DNA of 64,000 nucleotides from Octopus sinensis (taxonomy: Eukaryota). Shown piece by piece: positions 52,440-64,000 of this stretch. The position numbers and the translations under genes were made by a program. The notes below the pieces were generated by a model. The model was not told where the DNA came from. It saw nothing but the letters and a program-made list of their open reading frames with translations, and made no database searches. The stretch is taken from assembly GCF_006345805.1 (NCBI RefSeq), contig NC_042998.1:169136001-169200000 (forward strand). Direction: 5' to 3'. Numbering within the stretch: position 1 is the first letter of the stretch; the number at the start of each line of letters is the position of its first letter.

Positions 52440-52840
52440 CCATCAACAACTTTAAAATGTACTAAGACCTATCTGGTATATGAAGTAACCTGCAGTGAAG
52501 GTGGCGCATTCTACATTGAGTGCACCACCTGAAAAATGCACATTTGCATAAGGAATACATGCACACAAACACTTCAGATTATAAAAGCCTATGACTTCGC
52601 AGTATCTATCAAAGAAATTGAATTTAATATAGGCAGTCTCAGAAACAAGGGAGCCCTCCTTATCAACAAGTTGAGACCAGCTCTAAACAACAGAAACAAG
52701 CTACACGAAACAGACTGGTTATTATAACAACACCAGTTTGCGTATGTCATTATCCTCTCCCACATGTCTGAGCAACGGCTTATTCCATCACTTAAGTCTC
52801 CACTTGTCCTGAGAAAGGGGTCATAACCCCGAAATATAAA
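52440..52840 (+). mobile_element. Penelope-like element 3' end: GIY-YIG remnant plus hammerhead-like motif
   Basis: KCTKTYLVYEVTCSEGGAFYIECTT* (52455-52532) and GALLINKLRPALN, then CTGAGAA a gggg-tcataa-cccc GAAA TATA at 52809-52838. Confidence 0.7.
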
Positions 52841-53039
52841 AATGCAATGTAAAATTTCAACTGTTGTTCTCTTTTCCACTTTGTAATTCACTTTGCATTC
52901 TATTTCCCATTGTTTTGGCTTTATCAGGGCGAAGGACGAGGGGGAAATTCAAAACAGATATTAAAGTATGGGGTTTACATATAATGAAATGATAAAATAA
53001 ATAAACAACTAAAGAGTATGTATACATGATATACAATGA

Positions 53040-53190
53040 AAAGGAGTGGAAGAAATGGAAAATGTTTCAAAATACAAAGATCTGGAAATAGAGGTAAGTC
53101 GAATGTGGAACCTGAAAGCAGAAACAATTCCTATCATAGGAGGCGCATTAGGTATGATAAAAAACCCCAGACAAATACTTAATAAAATCA
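53040..53190 (+). mobile_element. R4/Dong-type LINE C-terminal restriction-like endonuclease fragment
   Basis: ENVSKYKDLEIEVSRMWNLKAETIPIIGGALGMIK matches the K.KYKDL..E..RMW....IP...GALG motif. Confidence 0.85.
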
Positions 53191-53224
53191 CCAGGGATTA
53201 CACGTATATATATATAACATACAT

Positions 53225-54340
53225 TTAGTTGACATTCCCTTTGCAGTTTTTAGTTCAGAAACTCTTTTTGGCATTGAACTGATGAGCTTTGTGATTGTCT
53301 CTTGTGGAATTTCTGACCACTTTTCACGCAACAATCGAAGCAATTCATCTTTAGATTTAGGTTTCTGTTGAGTTTTTCGTATAGCACTATCTAGTATGCT
53401 CCAAAGATTTTCAATTGGGTTCATATCAGGAGATTGGCTCCACCAAGGAAGATTTTTGATCCCATTTTCAGTCAGTCATTGTTGATTTCTTCTCGCTCTG
53501 TGGCACAGAGCCCCATCATCCATGAATAATAACTCATTTTTCGTTATGTTATCGTGTGAATACATTGGAAGTAGTCCTCGCTTAAGTATTTCGATGTATT
53601 TTTCAGAGTTTATGGTTCAAACACATTCGATCGGCTCAGAACGACCATTGCTGGTGACAGCTCCCCATACCATTACAGAGATACCACCATGTTTCACAGT
53701 TGGTTGGAGTCGTTTCAAATCAAATTTTTGATTGGGAAGCCTCCAGACCGAAACACGTCCACTGTCTGAAAATAATGCAAATCTGGATTTTTCTGACATC
53801 TCTTTAGCCCATATCTTTCTTTTCATGATATTAATTGGTTGAAGGAGAGGCTTTCTTCAAGCTGCTCGTCCATAATACCCAAGCTTATGTAGATATGTAA
53901 CACACGTCCTTGGACTAACTTCTAGTTGTTTTGCAATGTCAGAAGCCTTCTTACGGGGTTCGTTTTCCGCAATTCTCTTCAAACAGCGAAGCTTCCTTTC
54001 CGAGGGCGCAGGTCGGCCGGGACGAGAATCTGTTGATCCTTTTCCTTGGCTTTTGAATCGCACAATAATTCTATTAACAGTAGAAGAGGAATTTGAACAT
54101 TTTCGGCAATTTTTCGCCTCAGATTGCCCAACAATACGACCTCTTTGAAAATCTGACAGTTCTGCTGAATTTTTTGTGCTTGGCATGGTTACTCTTCGCA
54201 AATGTTTAATATAATGGCATCTGGAATGAAAAAGAATAATTACATTGTAAACTGTACACCGCTGGAAACATATTAAGACGCTTAAATCAAATATTTTGAA
54301 AATCAAACGTATCTATTTACTTCTTGCATGTCTGTGTATA
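53225..54340 (-). mobile_element. Tc1 (DD34E) transposon, decayed
   Basis: ELSDFQRGRIVG...RPGRP...KPLL...[15 protein letters not shown]...FMDDGALCH (34 aa) SQSPDMNPIENLW...LISSMPKRV. The WSDE (first Asp) segment is deleted. Confidence 0.95.
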
Positions 54341-54344
54341 TATA

Positions 54345-54505
54345 AGACGGTTTTTTTTTTCAGTTTTCGTCTATCAAATTCACTCACAAGGCTTTAGTCA
54401 GCCCGTGGCTATAGTAGGAGGCACTTGCCCATGGTGCCACGCACTGGGTCTAAACCCGGAACCATGTAGTTGGGAAGGAAGCTTCTTTCCACATAGCCAT
54501 GTAAG
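54345..54505 (-). mobile_element. SINE family B head + CORE
   Basis: aaattcactcacaaggctttagtcagcccgtggctatagtaggaggcacttgcccatggtgccacgcac. Confidence 0.85.
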
Positions 54506-54689
54506 TTAATCCTACAAACACATAATGATGATGATGGTGGTGGTAGTGGTGGTGGTGGTGGTGCTGTTGCTGCTACTGTTGTTGTTGTTGTTGTTAAGCA
54601 ACAAGACGGGTAAAGGTGATTAAGTGATAGTCTAGGGCTTAGGGGCGGGAGACCCCAGACCTTGGAAAAAAAAACTTTGGTCGTCTTGT

Positions 54690-54785
54690 TGTAGTCGAGT
54701 GCTCTTCGTTGACGTCCGACACCACAGGGAGGTGGCCCTCAAAGTCGCCGGAAATGGAGATCTCCAGGTCCAAATTCTTGAACGG
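54690..54785 (-). mobile_element. Short LINE APE endonuclease fragment
   Basis: Minus strand: PFKNLDLEISISGDFEGHLP (I.GDFN.H-like). Confidence 0.4.
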
Positions 54786-54829
54786 CTGCTGCTGCTGCTG
54801 CTACTGACAATGATGATGAGGGGGATTCT

Positions 54830-55325
54830 TTTATTTGTCATAACAACATCAGATAAAGAGAATATTGCAAAAACAATTTACATAAAGTGTGTGGGATTAC
54901 ATGGAAATCGAATTGGGTAAAAATATAATCGAAATAAAATATTAACAAAAAAATAAGGAATAAACAGAAGGCAATTAAATGATAATACACTCCTCCTGTT
55001 ACAAGAAAACCCGTGACCCATCAAGAAACCTCTTTGGCATTCTTCAACATACAGGCGCATGCTGAGAGTGGACCCGTTCGACCTTGCCATTTAAGCCACA
55101 GTAAGCCACCTCTTAACAAATTTACTGGAGGAGAGCACTTGTCTCTTCACTCCCACCTTCCTTTCCAAGCGGACCTTGTAAGAGACGTTGGGGACTTGAC
55201 CAAAGAAGAAAGTGTCTGCCTTCAGTCCTTTCAGGCTCGTCCACCATACAACCTCTTTCACCATAGTCACAAGCTGGAAGAAAACTGCTTGCTCTTCCCG
55301 GTTAAAAGAGGCCGGTGATCCTCAC
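54830..55325 (-). mobile_element. L1/Tx1-like LINE 3' end (ORF2 C-terminus and 3' UTR)
   Basis: Minus strand: FNREEQAVFFQLVTMVKEVVWWTSLKGL...KFVKRWLTVA*MARSNGSTLSM, followed by a T-rich UTR ending acaaataaaagaa. Confidence 0.65.
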
Positions 55326-55934
55326 ATTAATGGTGTCACACAAAAACACAAGACCGCTTATTTTGGAAAGGGGTGAAATAGATTACGTCAATCCCAGCAT
55401 GAATTTAATTATTCACTTCTCTTACAGCAAATCGTCCAGATATAATTATCAAGAACGAGAACTATTCATTCCGTTCACTTCACATCTAACCAAAATATCA
55501 CAGGAAAAAAGCCAAAAAGCTCTCATAATATGAGGTTACAGAAATGGAAATAAATAACACGTAGTCTATGAAAGAAAAGCAGCAGCTTCAGCTGGATCAC
55601 TATATATGATAAAAAACATAAGCAAAAACTTTAAAAATCATTCATGTAATCACAAATACACATACACAGTCCAAACAAAAGTTATGCTAGTTACAATCAA
55701 CGTATGCATGACTTAGTTATAGAACTTACATAGAAAATTTTCTGTACAACTCGCTACACATACTACACAATCACCATCTAATAACGTATTCTACAGAACT
55801 ACCAGCCAATAATTAAACACGGCGCACACGGTACACAATTACCTTCTAAGGAAATAATACACTCTTACATAACCACCATTTGACACTATGACTTATGAAC
55901 AACAGACATTTGAAACACATATTTTACACAAGTG

Positions 55935-56275
55935 CCCCAATTCCATTAACTAGCACTGTCGGTTACGATGACGATAGTTCCAGTTGAGCCGATCAACGAA
56001 ACAACCTGCTCGAGAAATTACCGTGAAAGCGGCTGAGCACTCCATAGACACGCGTACCCTTAACGCAATTCTCGGGGAGACTCAATGTAACACAGAATGT
56101 GATAAGGCTGGCCCTTTGAAATACAGGTCTACTCGTTTTAGCCATCTGAGTGGACTAAAGTACCGTTAAATAAATTGTCTGGTTCAAGGACACAACGTGT
56201 CACCGGGAATTGAACTCACGCTCTTACGAACCTGAGTCGAATACCCTAACCACTGAGCCACGCGCTTTCACACTT
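55935..56275 (-). mobile_element. CORE-type SINE family C
   Basis: Minus strand head gcgtggctcagtggttagggtattcgactc...gtgagttcaattcccgg, then gtgtccttgaaccagacaattta CORE-like sequence. Confidence 0.85.
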
Positions 56276-57944
56276 CCATAACGTAAGACAATCATCACGG
56301 TATATATTCTACACAATAATCATCCGACACTAGTACACATAACACCAAATACACAGTACATACAATACATTCAAAACACAATCACTAACCAGTAATGAGC
56401 CAACGAGGAATCTCTATGCAGTTTTCTACATTTTTTATATCTAGGGTTCAATGTATTCAATTCCTATCTCTTCTTCAAAGTGCACAGTGCGTTTTTTCTC
56501 TTTTAGATTATTTAGCAGTTCTGTTAGGCTACCGTTGTTAACTTCAACAACGGTCACGTCCTTCTACTTGGCTCTTCAGATAACAATTAGTAGGTTGCTC
56601 GCAGTATCATTCTTTCTTTTGGTCTGTGCCTATTCCTTTTGTGTGGCGAAGGACGCTTCTTTTGTTTTTCAATTTTTGCTGTTCTTGATAGTTTCACATA
56701 TTTTTCCAGTCCCCATCGCCTCCTCATACTTGGAGCAAAACTATAATGCGGAACTGCTGCAGTTTCTCTGCCTGTTCCTGTACAGGAGGAGCAGTCTCTT
56801 GGTTTCTCGCTGTCCTTTGATGCTGATGATATTGAGCATGGGACAGTTCCACTTGTTTTTCTTTCCGTACTAGCTGTCTTTCGAGCTACAATTGATAGTG
56901 CTCTTAGAAACAGAAGTTCTAACCACAGCTATTGCCATGATCACCTCTGAAGCCTCTTATCTTCGCCGCTTTTACTGCTGCTTAACACGTTGTTTTTCTT
57001 TGATGCTAGCCAGAGACCCTCAAGCAGCTTTTACTTCCACATGTATTGCCTCTGGGTCCTGTCCTCCACAACCAGTTAAATTGACCCTACCCTGCAATAT
57101 TTAAATTGTAATAGTCTTCGGCAATTTGTTTTTGATTTTTAGTCTAATAATATAACAACAAACATATTGCATTATTGAATGTTGGTACTCCTCTCCTATC
57201 ACTACGAAACTTTGTTCCAAAATATGAATGAAGAGGATTTTCTTCTTTAGCTTGATCCCAAAAGTGTTTCTGCCGACCTGTGATGAAATCCATTCCAATC
57301 GACTTTATTCCATCTTTTAAGAATCATCACGGTCCCTATTATTTATTGTATCCTTCTTTTTCTTTTTTCTTGATGATAAGGGATACTCAGACCGATTGTT
57401 CAGCCCAAGTGATACAAGCTAAAAGGACTTTGAGGCCGATCCATCAGCCCGATGGAAACAAATGTTGTGAATGGTTGGTCTTGAAGTGTAATAGCTAATC
57501 AGAGATCGTCTTTCAGCAGATGTATCTCAATAGAAAAAAATTTTTTTTTTGGCAACACATACCAAACCACCGTGTATCACAAAAGGGTTAAATGAAACTT
57601 GGTTGTTATTTCCAGCCGGTAGAACAACTTGTCAGGAGTGTCTTCGTTGGTTTGTAGAAGATATTTATTTTAAATATTCGCAATTTCACTGAGAAACTGT
57701 TAAAAAACAACTTTTTGTAATTAACTAATCATGACATTTTTAAAATATTTTATTTGTATTTCCAGAAGAAATATAATTCATTCATTTAAAATTCTCTTCA
57801 TGATTTAGTTGATTTCTTTTTCTTCGTCATGAAGCTCATTATCCTGCCCAAGACTATAAGATTAAATTAATAATCTAACTGCTGCTCCGGTTGAGCTGAT
57901 ATGTAATTTCCCAGAAATTAAATCTCTGAATAATGGACTACAAC

Positions 57945-58160
57945 GGAAGGGTGACGAGCTAGCAGAATTGTTGACACGTTGAACAAACTGCTTAGCGGCA
58001 TTTCTTCTGACTCGTTACCTTCTTGGCTCAAATCCCACCTAGGTCGATTTTGTCTTTCTTTCTTTCGGGACTGACAAAATAAGTACCAGTTGAGTACTGG
58101 AGTGGATGTAATCGACTATCCCCTTCCCCCAAAATCTCAAACCTTGTGCCTATTGTAGAA
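57945..58160 (+). mobile_element. SINE family A variant
   Basis: gggtgacgagctagcagaattgttg...gacaaaataagtaccagttgagtactggagtggatgtaatcgact. Confidence 0.82.
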
Positions 58161-58184
58161 AGGTAAAAAAAAAAGCTTATATAG

Positions 58185-58590
58185 ACGCAGGAGTGGCTGT
58201 GTGGTAAGTAGCTTGCTTACCAGCCACATGGTTCCGGGTTCAGTCCCACTGCGTAGCACCTTCGGCAAGTGTCTTCTACTATAGCTCGACCCGACCAAAG
58301 CATTGTGAGTGGATTTGGCAGACGGAAACTGAAAGAAGCCTGTCGTATATTTGTATATATGTGTGTGTGTGAGTATATGTTTGTGTGTCTGTGTTTGCCC
58401 CCTCCCCCAACATCGCTTGACAACCGATGCTGGTGTGTTTACGTCCCCGTAACTTAGCGGTTTGGCAAAAGAGACCGATAGAATAATTACTAGGCTTACA
58501 AAGAATAAGTCCTGGGGTCGATTTGCTCGACTAAAGGCGCTTCTCCAGCATAGCCACAGTCATATGACTGAAACAAGTAAACAAGTAAAA
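58185..58590 (+). mobile_element. Full-length CORE-type SINE family B
   Basis: gcaggagtggctgtgtggtaag head, ggcaagtgtcttctactatagc CORE, internal (TA/TG)n, and a tail ending gactgaaacaagtaaacaagtaaaa. Confidence 0.93.
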
Positions 58591-58959
58591 TAGTATAAGA
58601 GTATACGACTATTGAAACATCTGTAGTGAGAATTCAAAAACTATTTGGTAATAACAATTATTGTTATATTTATCAACTGCTTTTCGCTGCCTGTCATGTC
58701 AATCTCTCGATTTTGATTCTGCTGTACAACGGAATTATTACTTATCGTTATTCTTGTTTGTTACGTTGGCCACGATTGTCAAGAAATGGTCAGTTTCGCT
58801 TTGCTGTTTTATGAGGGAATTTGCTGTTCAATTAAGGAATTTGTTCCTTAATTGAAAGTTTTTTTTTAACAAAGTAATGAAATAAAACAAAGATGGCTGT
58901 AGTAATAGTTCCCAATAAGAGAAAAATAGACACACAGATAGTAAACGTGTGGAGCGGTG

Positions 58960-59210
58960 TATTATGATAGCAAATCAACAAGTGAAGACAAAGTTTACCA
59001 TCAAATCATGTGACAGTTATATCAGTAAGACCTCCATCACCGACCTCACGGAAATCCGGTGCAACAACATTACTACCAGCATTGGCAAGGAACGTAGTAA
59101 TCCTGCCGTTCACACTATTTCCACTGACACCGACTATGACAAAGCTAGTATCGACAACAGTAACAGTCCTCAGAGAGAAGAGCACGCGATGGACTATAAT
59201 TGACACAATC
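58960..59210 (+). mobile_element. Possible Penelope GIY-YIG remnant
   Basis: KSCDSYISKTS...NPAVH...DYDKASIDNSN...REEHAM resembles C..C...YIG.T...SA...H....D....I.D.....R...EA. Confidence 0.35.
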
Positions 59211-59339
59211 AGCATCAGCGGCAGCACCAACAATAGTGGCATCAATAACAAAACCTCGACCACTACTATTTTTGGTTACCGCCACCGACATCATCATCAT
59301 CATCGAGACAGAAAAGAGTGGAAAGTGAGATGGCAGCAT

Positions 59340-60340
59340 AAATTTAATGAAAACTATTATTGCACTTGACATCAGCCAAACATTCGACCATACCTGGCAC
59401 GCGAATCTCTTAACAAAACTACATCGCACTCGTTCCATGGATCAGTAGTTCCTATCAAATCGTATAATCGAAGCGTGTGCTGATGAAGCTTTCTTTCACT
59501 TACTTTCTAAATCTAGAATTTTCAAGTTTCTTTTTTTTTACCTCCACTTTTCTTCCTACAGTTCCAGTCACGCTCACTAGTATGCAAATGATACTATCAT
59601 TCCTTCTATCTGTACCAAAGTATTGCTCACATGCAGCCTGTACACCTCACGCGAAACCTTCACTGGCTCTATGAAGAGAGACCTTGAAAACACTCTCCAA
59701 TAGGAGTAATATCAATATTGTTTCGTTCAACAGGACAAGGATACAATCACTACTCATATCATGAAAACAATATCGTATCCCCAACACGTCTAAACAAGAA
59801 TAGCATGCAACTAGAATCCTCAAGGCCGCTAAACGTCACTATTATTAAAGATGTTTCATGGCGAACGTACATCTTCAACATAGCAAAAATTGTGCCACAA
59901 AAGCGTGGCCTTCCTCTTCAAGACTAGAAAATATTTCATCCCCTAATAGCTGTTACAAAATTTGAGTGATACCGAAACTACACAAACATATCTTTGAACG
60001 CACCCAAAAAAGGCCACCTGGCTGATTGACATGACCTCGCTGGCTAACAAAGTTCAACTTCAGGAACACAGTTGTACTGTTTCCTTTATCTGCTTTTTAC
60101 TACTACTACTTCAGCGACCTCTATTGCCCGAAACTACTTGAACTTATGTCACCCCCATCAGATTCATTCAGCACTCTTCCTCTAGTCATTATTATTATTC
60201 TACCCCCTACTACAAGCTCCCCACTTATTACTGTGCCCAATATTTCGTCTCCAGAACGTCGGTCATCTGGATTTCTTCCCTACTATCTATGTCTTTCTTG
60301 TAGACATCGACTTGCCAACACTGTCCGGTTAATAAATAAG
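59340..60340 (+). mobile_element. Jockey/CR1-group LINE reverse transcriptase remnant
   Basis: IALDISQTFDHTWHANLLTKL (ALDISKAFDRVWH); WRTYIFNIAK; KTRKYFIP; QKKATWLID...VSFICFYYYY...LELMSPP. Confidence 0.85.
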
Positions 60341-61468
60341 CTTTCATATACAATATATCTGCCAGAGGAAGAAGAAATGAAATGTAAAGTTACATAAACC
60401 TGAAAACAAAAAGAGTTGGGATTTTGTCAACTAGCCACCGACCAGAACAACATCATGGACAAGAACTAAATCTGTAACTTCGTGCAGTATTCACAATAAA
60501 AGCAACTACTAGAACATCAAAAATAGAGAAACGTGAAGGCAAACAATCATGTCAACAAAAACAAAGCAATATTAGAAACGGCGATGGAATAACAATAACT
60601 TGAAGGGATAACCAATAGAAAACAACAATAATATAGCAGTACATGGCTCGTCGATGAAATCTTGCAAAACCCGGTAATCTGCAAACTTTTCTGAAGACAT
60701 TGTCATCAGTCTGACAAGATTAGAAGTCAGCAAAAGCTCGCCTCGTTAATAAATTCCTCGCGTAAGTAGGCCCATTCCGATGTAACACAAAAACCTTTTC
60801 CCACTTTCTCTATTATGTACCTGAATAATCATATTAAGTTTAGCTTGCATAGATGTACATTACTGAAGGTGGGTTTCAAAGAAGTCATGTACTTAACTGA
60901 CTCAGGTCACAAAGATAAAGATGGACACAGAACTAAAATTCTCATTACTTATAAAACTTCACAGGATATTGTGTAGCAATCAACGTGAGCAGAATTCTTG
61001 GTACGCATGCATTCGTACTTCCTAGTGATGACCTTTTTCGATTGGCCTATGTTAAGTTTAGCGGTATTGATATTTCAGTAAGCCTGGATCTCGAGTCAAA
61101 AAACCGTCTTCCTCAGACTTGATGGTATGTTTGTAGTCCTGCACGTAAATAGTACTGAAGACAGAACCTATAGGTAAGTGGACTGTTTAAGCCCTGGCTA
61201 GTGTCAGACAACCAGCGTTCTTCGGTTGCCAAGGGGCGCTCTTGGCGGTTTTTTAGTGTTAGTGGTCAACTAGAATTGCATCTGGGATTATTCGAGGTCT
61301 AATTGATAGAAGAGAGTGTATGAAAAGCCTTGCAAATATGCTCAAATCAATTCCGACTACTTCATTTTTACAGAAGAGATTTCTAAAATTGGGGAATTCA
61401 CATTGGCTCATCCAGGTCATATCTGGAGTTTTTGTTAGGTCAGTTTGTTCGTGTGTTCGTGTGTGTGT

Positions 61469-61517
<49 letters not shown>

Positions 61518-62094
61518 GTGTGTGTGTGTGTGTGTGTGTGTTGTCGTTGTTGTTGTTGGACTTCCGTCCTTCGATGAATAAAAGTTCTGCAGGATACTAC
61601 TCACCTGATGTTGGAATTCAGACCTGACCAGGATTTTTAGGTCCTGTTGCAGACGTTTCAGAAGTGGTCTCTGTCATCTGGGGATAGACTGGACCTGGAT
61701 TTCTACTAGGCTCTTTTCTCCTTCAAGGTGATGATCCTCAAAGTTGGAGGTAGCTTGCACATACACAAACACACACACACTCATGCATATGTGTGTGTGT
61801 ACGTGTATGTATATATATATATGTGTGTGTATGTATGTATGTATGTATGTATGTATGTATGTATGTATGTATGTGTGTGTGTGTGTGTGTGTATGTGCGC
61901 GTGTGTGTGTATCTGTACATACATATTAACATACGATCAGCATCGATAGAGGCGTTACAACTGCAAGATGATCATTAACACAGCTCTACTGCAATTGCTG
62001 CAGATCGGAAAAGAACTTGCTCGTTTTAAGTCGGTTCGGACACAACGAGTAAGTATCGAGTTCGAAGCGACAGGGTAAAATGGTAAAGACCTCC

Positions 62095-62420
62095 TTCGAT
62101 TATAAATGATCATGGGACTGCACCTAGAAGGTTACCCTCCGAAGTACAAATCCGGACAAGATTATTTATGGAAGTCCAGCAGTTGCCCATACATTCCAGC
62201 CTCACCTCTCTAGGCCACCGATGTTATGCAAGGGAAAGGCAAAGGCCGAAACAACTTGACACCAGAGACGTCGCAACTCATGTCTACAGCTGAGTGAACT
62301 GGAACAACGTGAAAGAAAGTATCTTGCTCAAGAACACAGCACACAGCCCGGTCCGGAAATTGAACTCACTACCTAATAACTATGAGCTCATTGCTCTAAC
62401 CACTGAGCCATGCACATTCA
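62095..62420 (-). mobile_element. CORE-type SINE (family C head/core, different tail)
   Basis: Minus strand head gcatggctcagtggttagagc...gtgagttcaatttccgg and gtgttcttgagcaagatact CORE. The tail differs from those at 3300 and 55935. Confidence 0.85.
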
Positions 62421-63064
62421 CTTCAAAATGACATCAACATCTTTAAATATCCAATGTACATGAAATCAAAGCTCAATAATAGTTTGAGATAAAGGATTTA
62501 TCAATGCCTTTGTTGGTTAGTTGTAATTAACAGTGAAGTCTGGGAAAACATGTAGCAGAATCTGAAGTAGATATCCGACTGAAGTGAAAAATATAATCCA
62601 AAGTGCGAAGCTAGTCAAATGCAGTTTGAAAGAAAATAACATTTTCAAGAAGAAAATGAAAATAAGAACATTTTGGATAATGTGTAGCGTCAAAAGCTGA
62701 TTACAAAATCGTTTAACCTTTTTACTTGGAAGTAATGATGGAAGTTCAAATTGAACCCAATGTTTATTAAAAGGATATAAATGAATAATCTTTTCTAATC
62801 ATTGGGCAATCAAATAAAAAGACATGAGTCTAGAGTAATGTTTGAAGACTGGTTTGTCCGGAGGTTGAAAGTTATTGCATGAAAACAGTATGGCTTTCAA
62901 AGGTATTTTGTTTCTCGATAATACTCAGTCATTCTAACTCACTTAAAGATTTCTGTTCTAATGAATATGTTTTATTTTTATCACCGAATATAACATCGAT
63001 GTTATAAACCCCCACCACTCTAGCTCTAACGATTCTTCTGCCCTCCCACCCTTGTGTTTTAATA

Positions 63065-63280
63065 TTGGTTTCAAATTTTAGCACAAGGCTAACAGTTTTG
63101 GGAGAGGAGCTAAGTCAATTACATCAATCCCAGTGCTCTACCGGCACTTATTTTATCAACCTCGAAAGTATGGAAAGGCAAAATTGACCTCAACAAAATT
63201 TGAGTTCAGGACGTAAAGTCGGAGGAAATGCCGCTAAGTATTTTGCCCGGCGTGCTAACGATTCTGCTCGCTCGCTGCCT
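63065..63280 (-). mobile_element. SINE family A variant
   Basis: ttatcaacctcgaaagtatggaaaggcaaaattgacctc...cccggcgtgctaacgattctgctcgctcgctgcc. Confidence 0.85.
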
Positions 63281-64000
63281 TCTCTTGTGTTTTAATATTA
63301 AAAACAATAAGATAAATACATTCTATATATATATATGCATAGGCATATGAGAAATTGTGCGTTATATTAAAAACACGGCTATGTTCAAATTTGATCTTTT
63401 CTATTAAGAACTAATAAGAACATATGTCATTTCTTTAAAAGTCCTTTATGCTTGGTTGGGACAATAATGATTTTCCGTTTTATTTTCAGCGTAAACTGTT
63501 GTAATAACATAATGACTGTGCGTTCTGCAATAAAATTAACAACGGTAAATCTCGGTAAATTTCATATGATATAACTAAGGTATATGTTTTACTATTGGTA
63601 AAGCTCTCATAATTATTCTCTCTTTTTTTGTGGAATTCTATGTAAAATTTAGTGCTATGAAGATGCTATTACAGCAGCTTACTATGAAAATCAAGTTTCG
63701 AACATTAGGAAAACTATTATTTCAAACGAAGCCTAAAGGAATAACAAGGAAATATGAAAACATTTAAAGCACTAAGATCCGACTTGAACCATCGTTTTCC
63801 TCAATAAAACATGTTTGAAAAAGGATGTTCCTTATATATGCATACACACACACACACACACACACACACGAATACATACATTCATACGCACACACGTACA
63901 TACATGCAGGTGCAAGTGTGTTTGTAACGACTGGGGTTCAAACATTTGGACACAATCTTCCGCAGAATTTGTCGTTGATGTCGAAGCATAAGACAAGATG

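Noticed and set aside
60685-60715. Minus-strand CTGATGA...GAAA spacing
   Set aside because: No stem II or stem I pairing.

Overview
This is repeat-dominated, AT-rich eukaryotic DNA, most likely intronic or intergenic sequence from an octopus or other coleoid cephalopod. That assignment is inferred from the tRNA-derived SINE families and the very large compound microsatellites. I found no intact host protein-coding exon, and most ORFs in the supplied track are artefacts of (TA)n/(CA)n/(AGAT)n/(ATT)n repeats. Recognisable transposon remnants include a mariner, two Tc1 (DD34E) copies, three maT (DD37D) copies, a Helitron RepHel fragment split by a SINE, and LINE fragments (RTE, Jockey/CR1-group, R4-type, L1/Tx1). 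Several Penelope-like (GIY-YIG) pieces, at least four SINE families and many foldback/MITE-like inverted repeats are also present. Three observations stand out. (1) There is a set of type I hammerhead-ribozyme-like motifs from several unrelated families, with (pseudo)palindromic stem III that implies dimeric folding. One family has three copies with compensatory stem changes and a shared CCGA core in place of CUGA. (2) A near full-length 5S rRNA copy is fused co-directionally inside a CORE-type SINE, at about the position where a second SINE copy carries a hammerhead-bearing insert. (3) There is a perfect 101-bp palindrome and a possible ORF1-only (HAL1-like) L1/Tx1 element whose 3' end resembles the tail of the youngest SINE family. 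All alignments were done by eye and boundaries are approximate unless stated otherwise.
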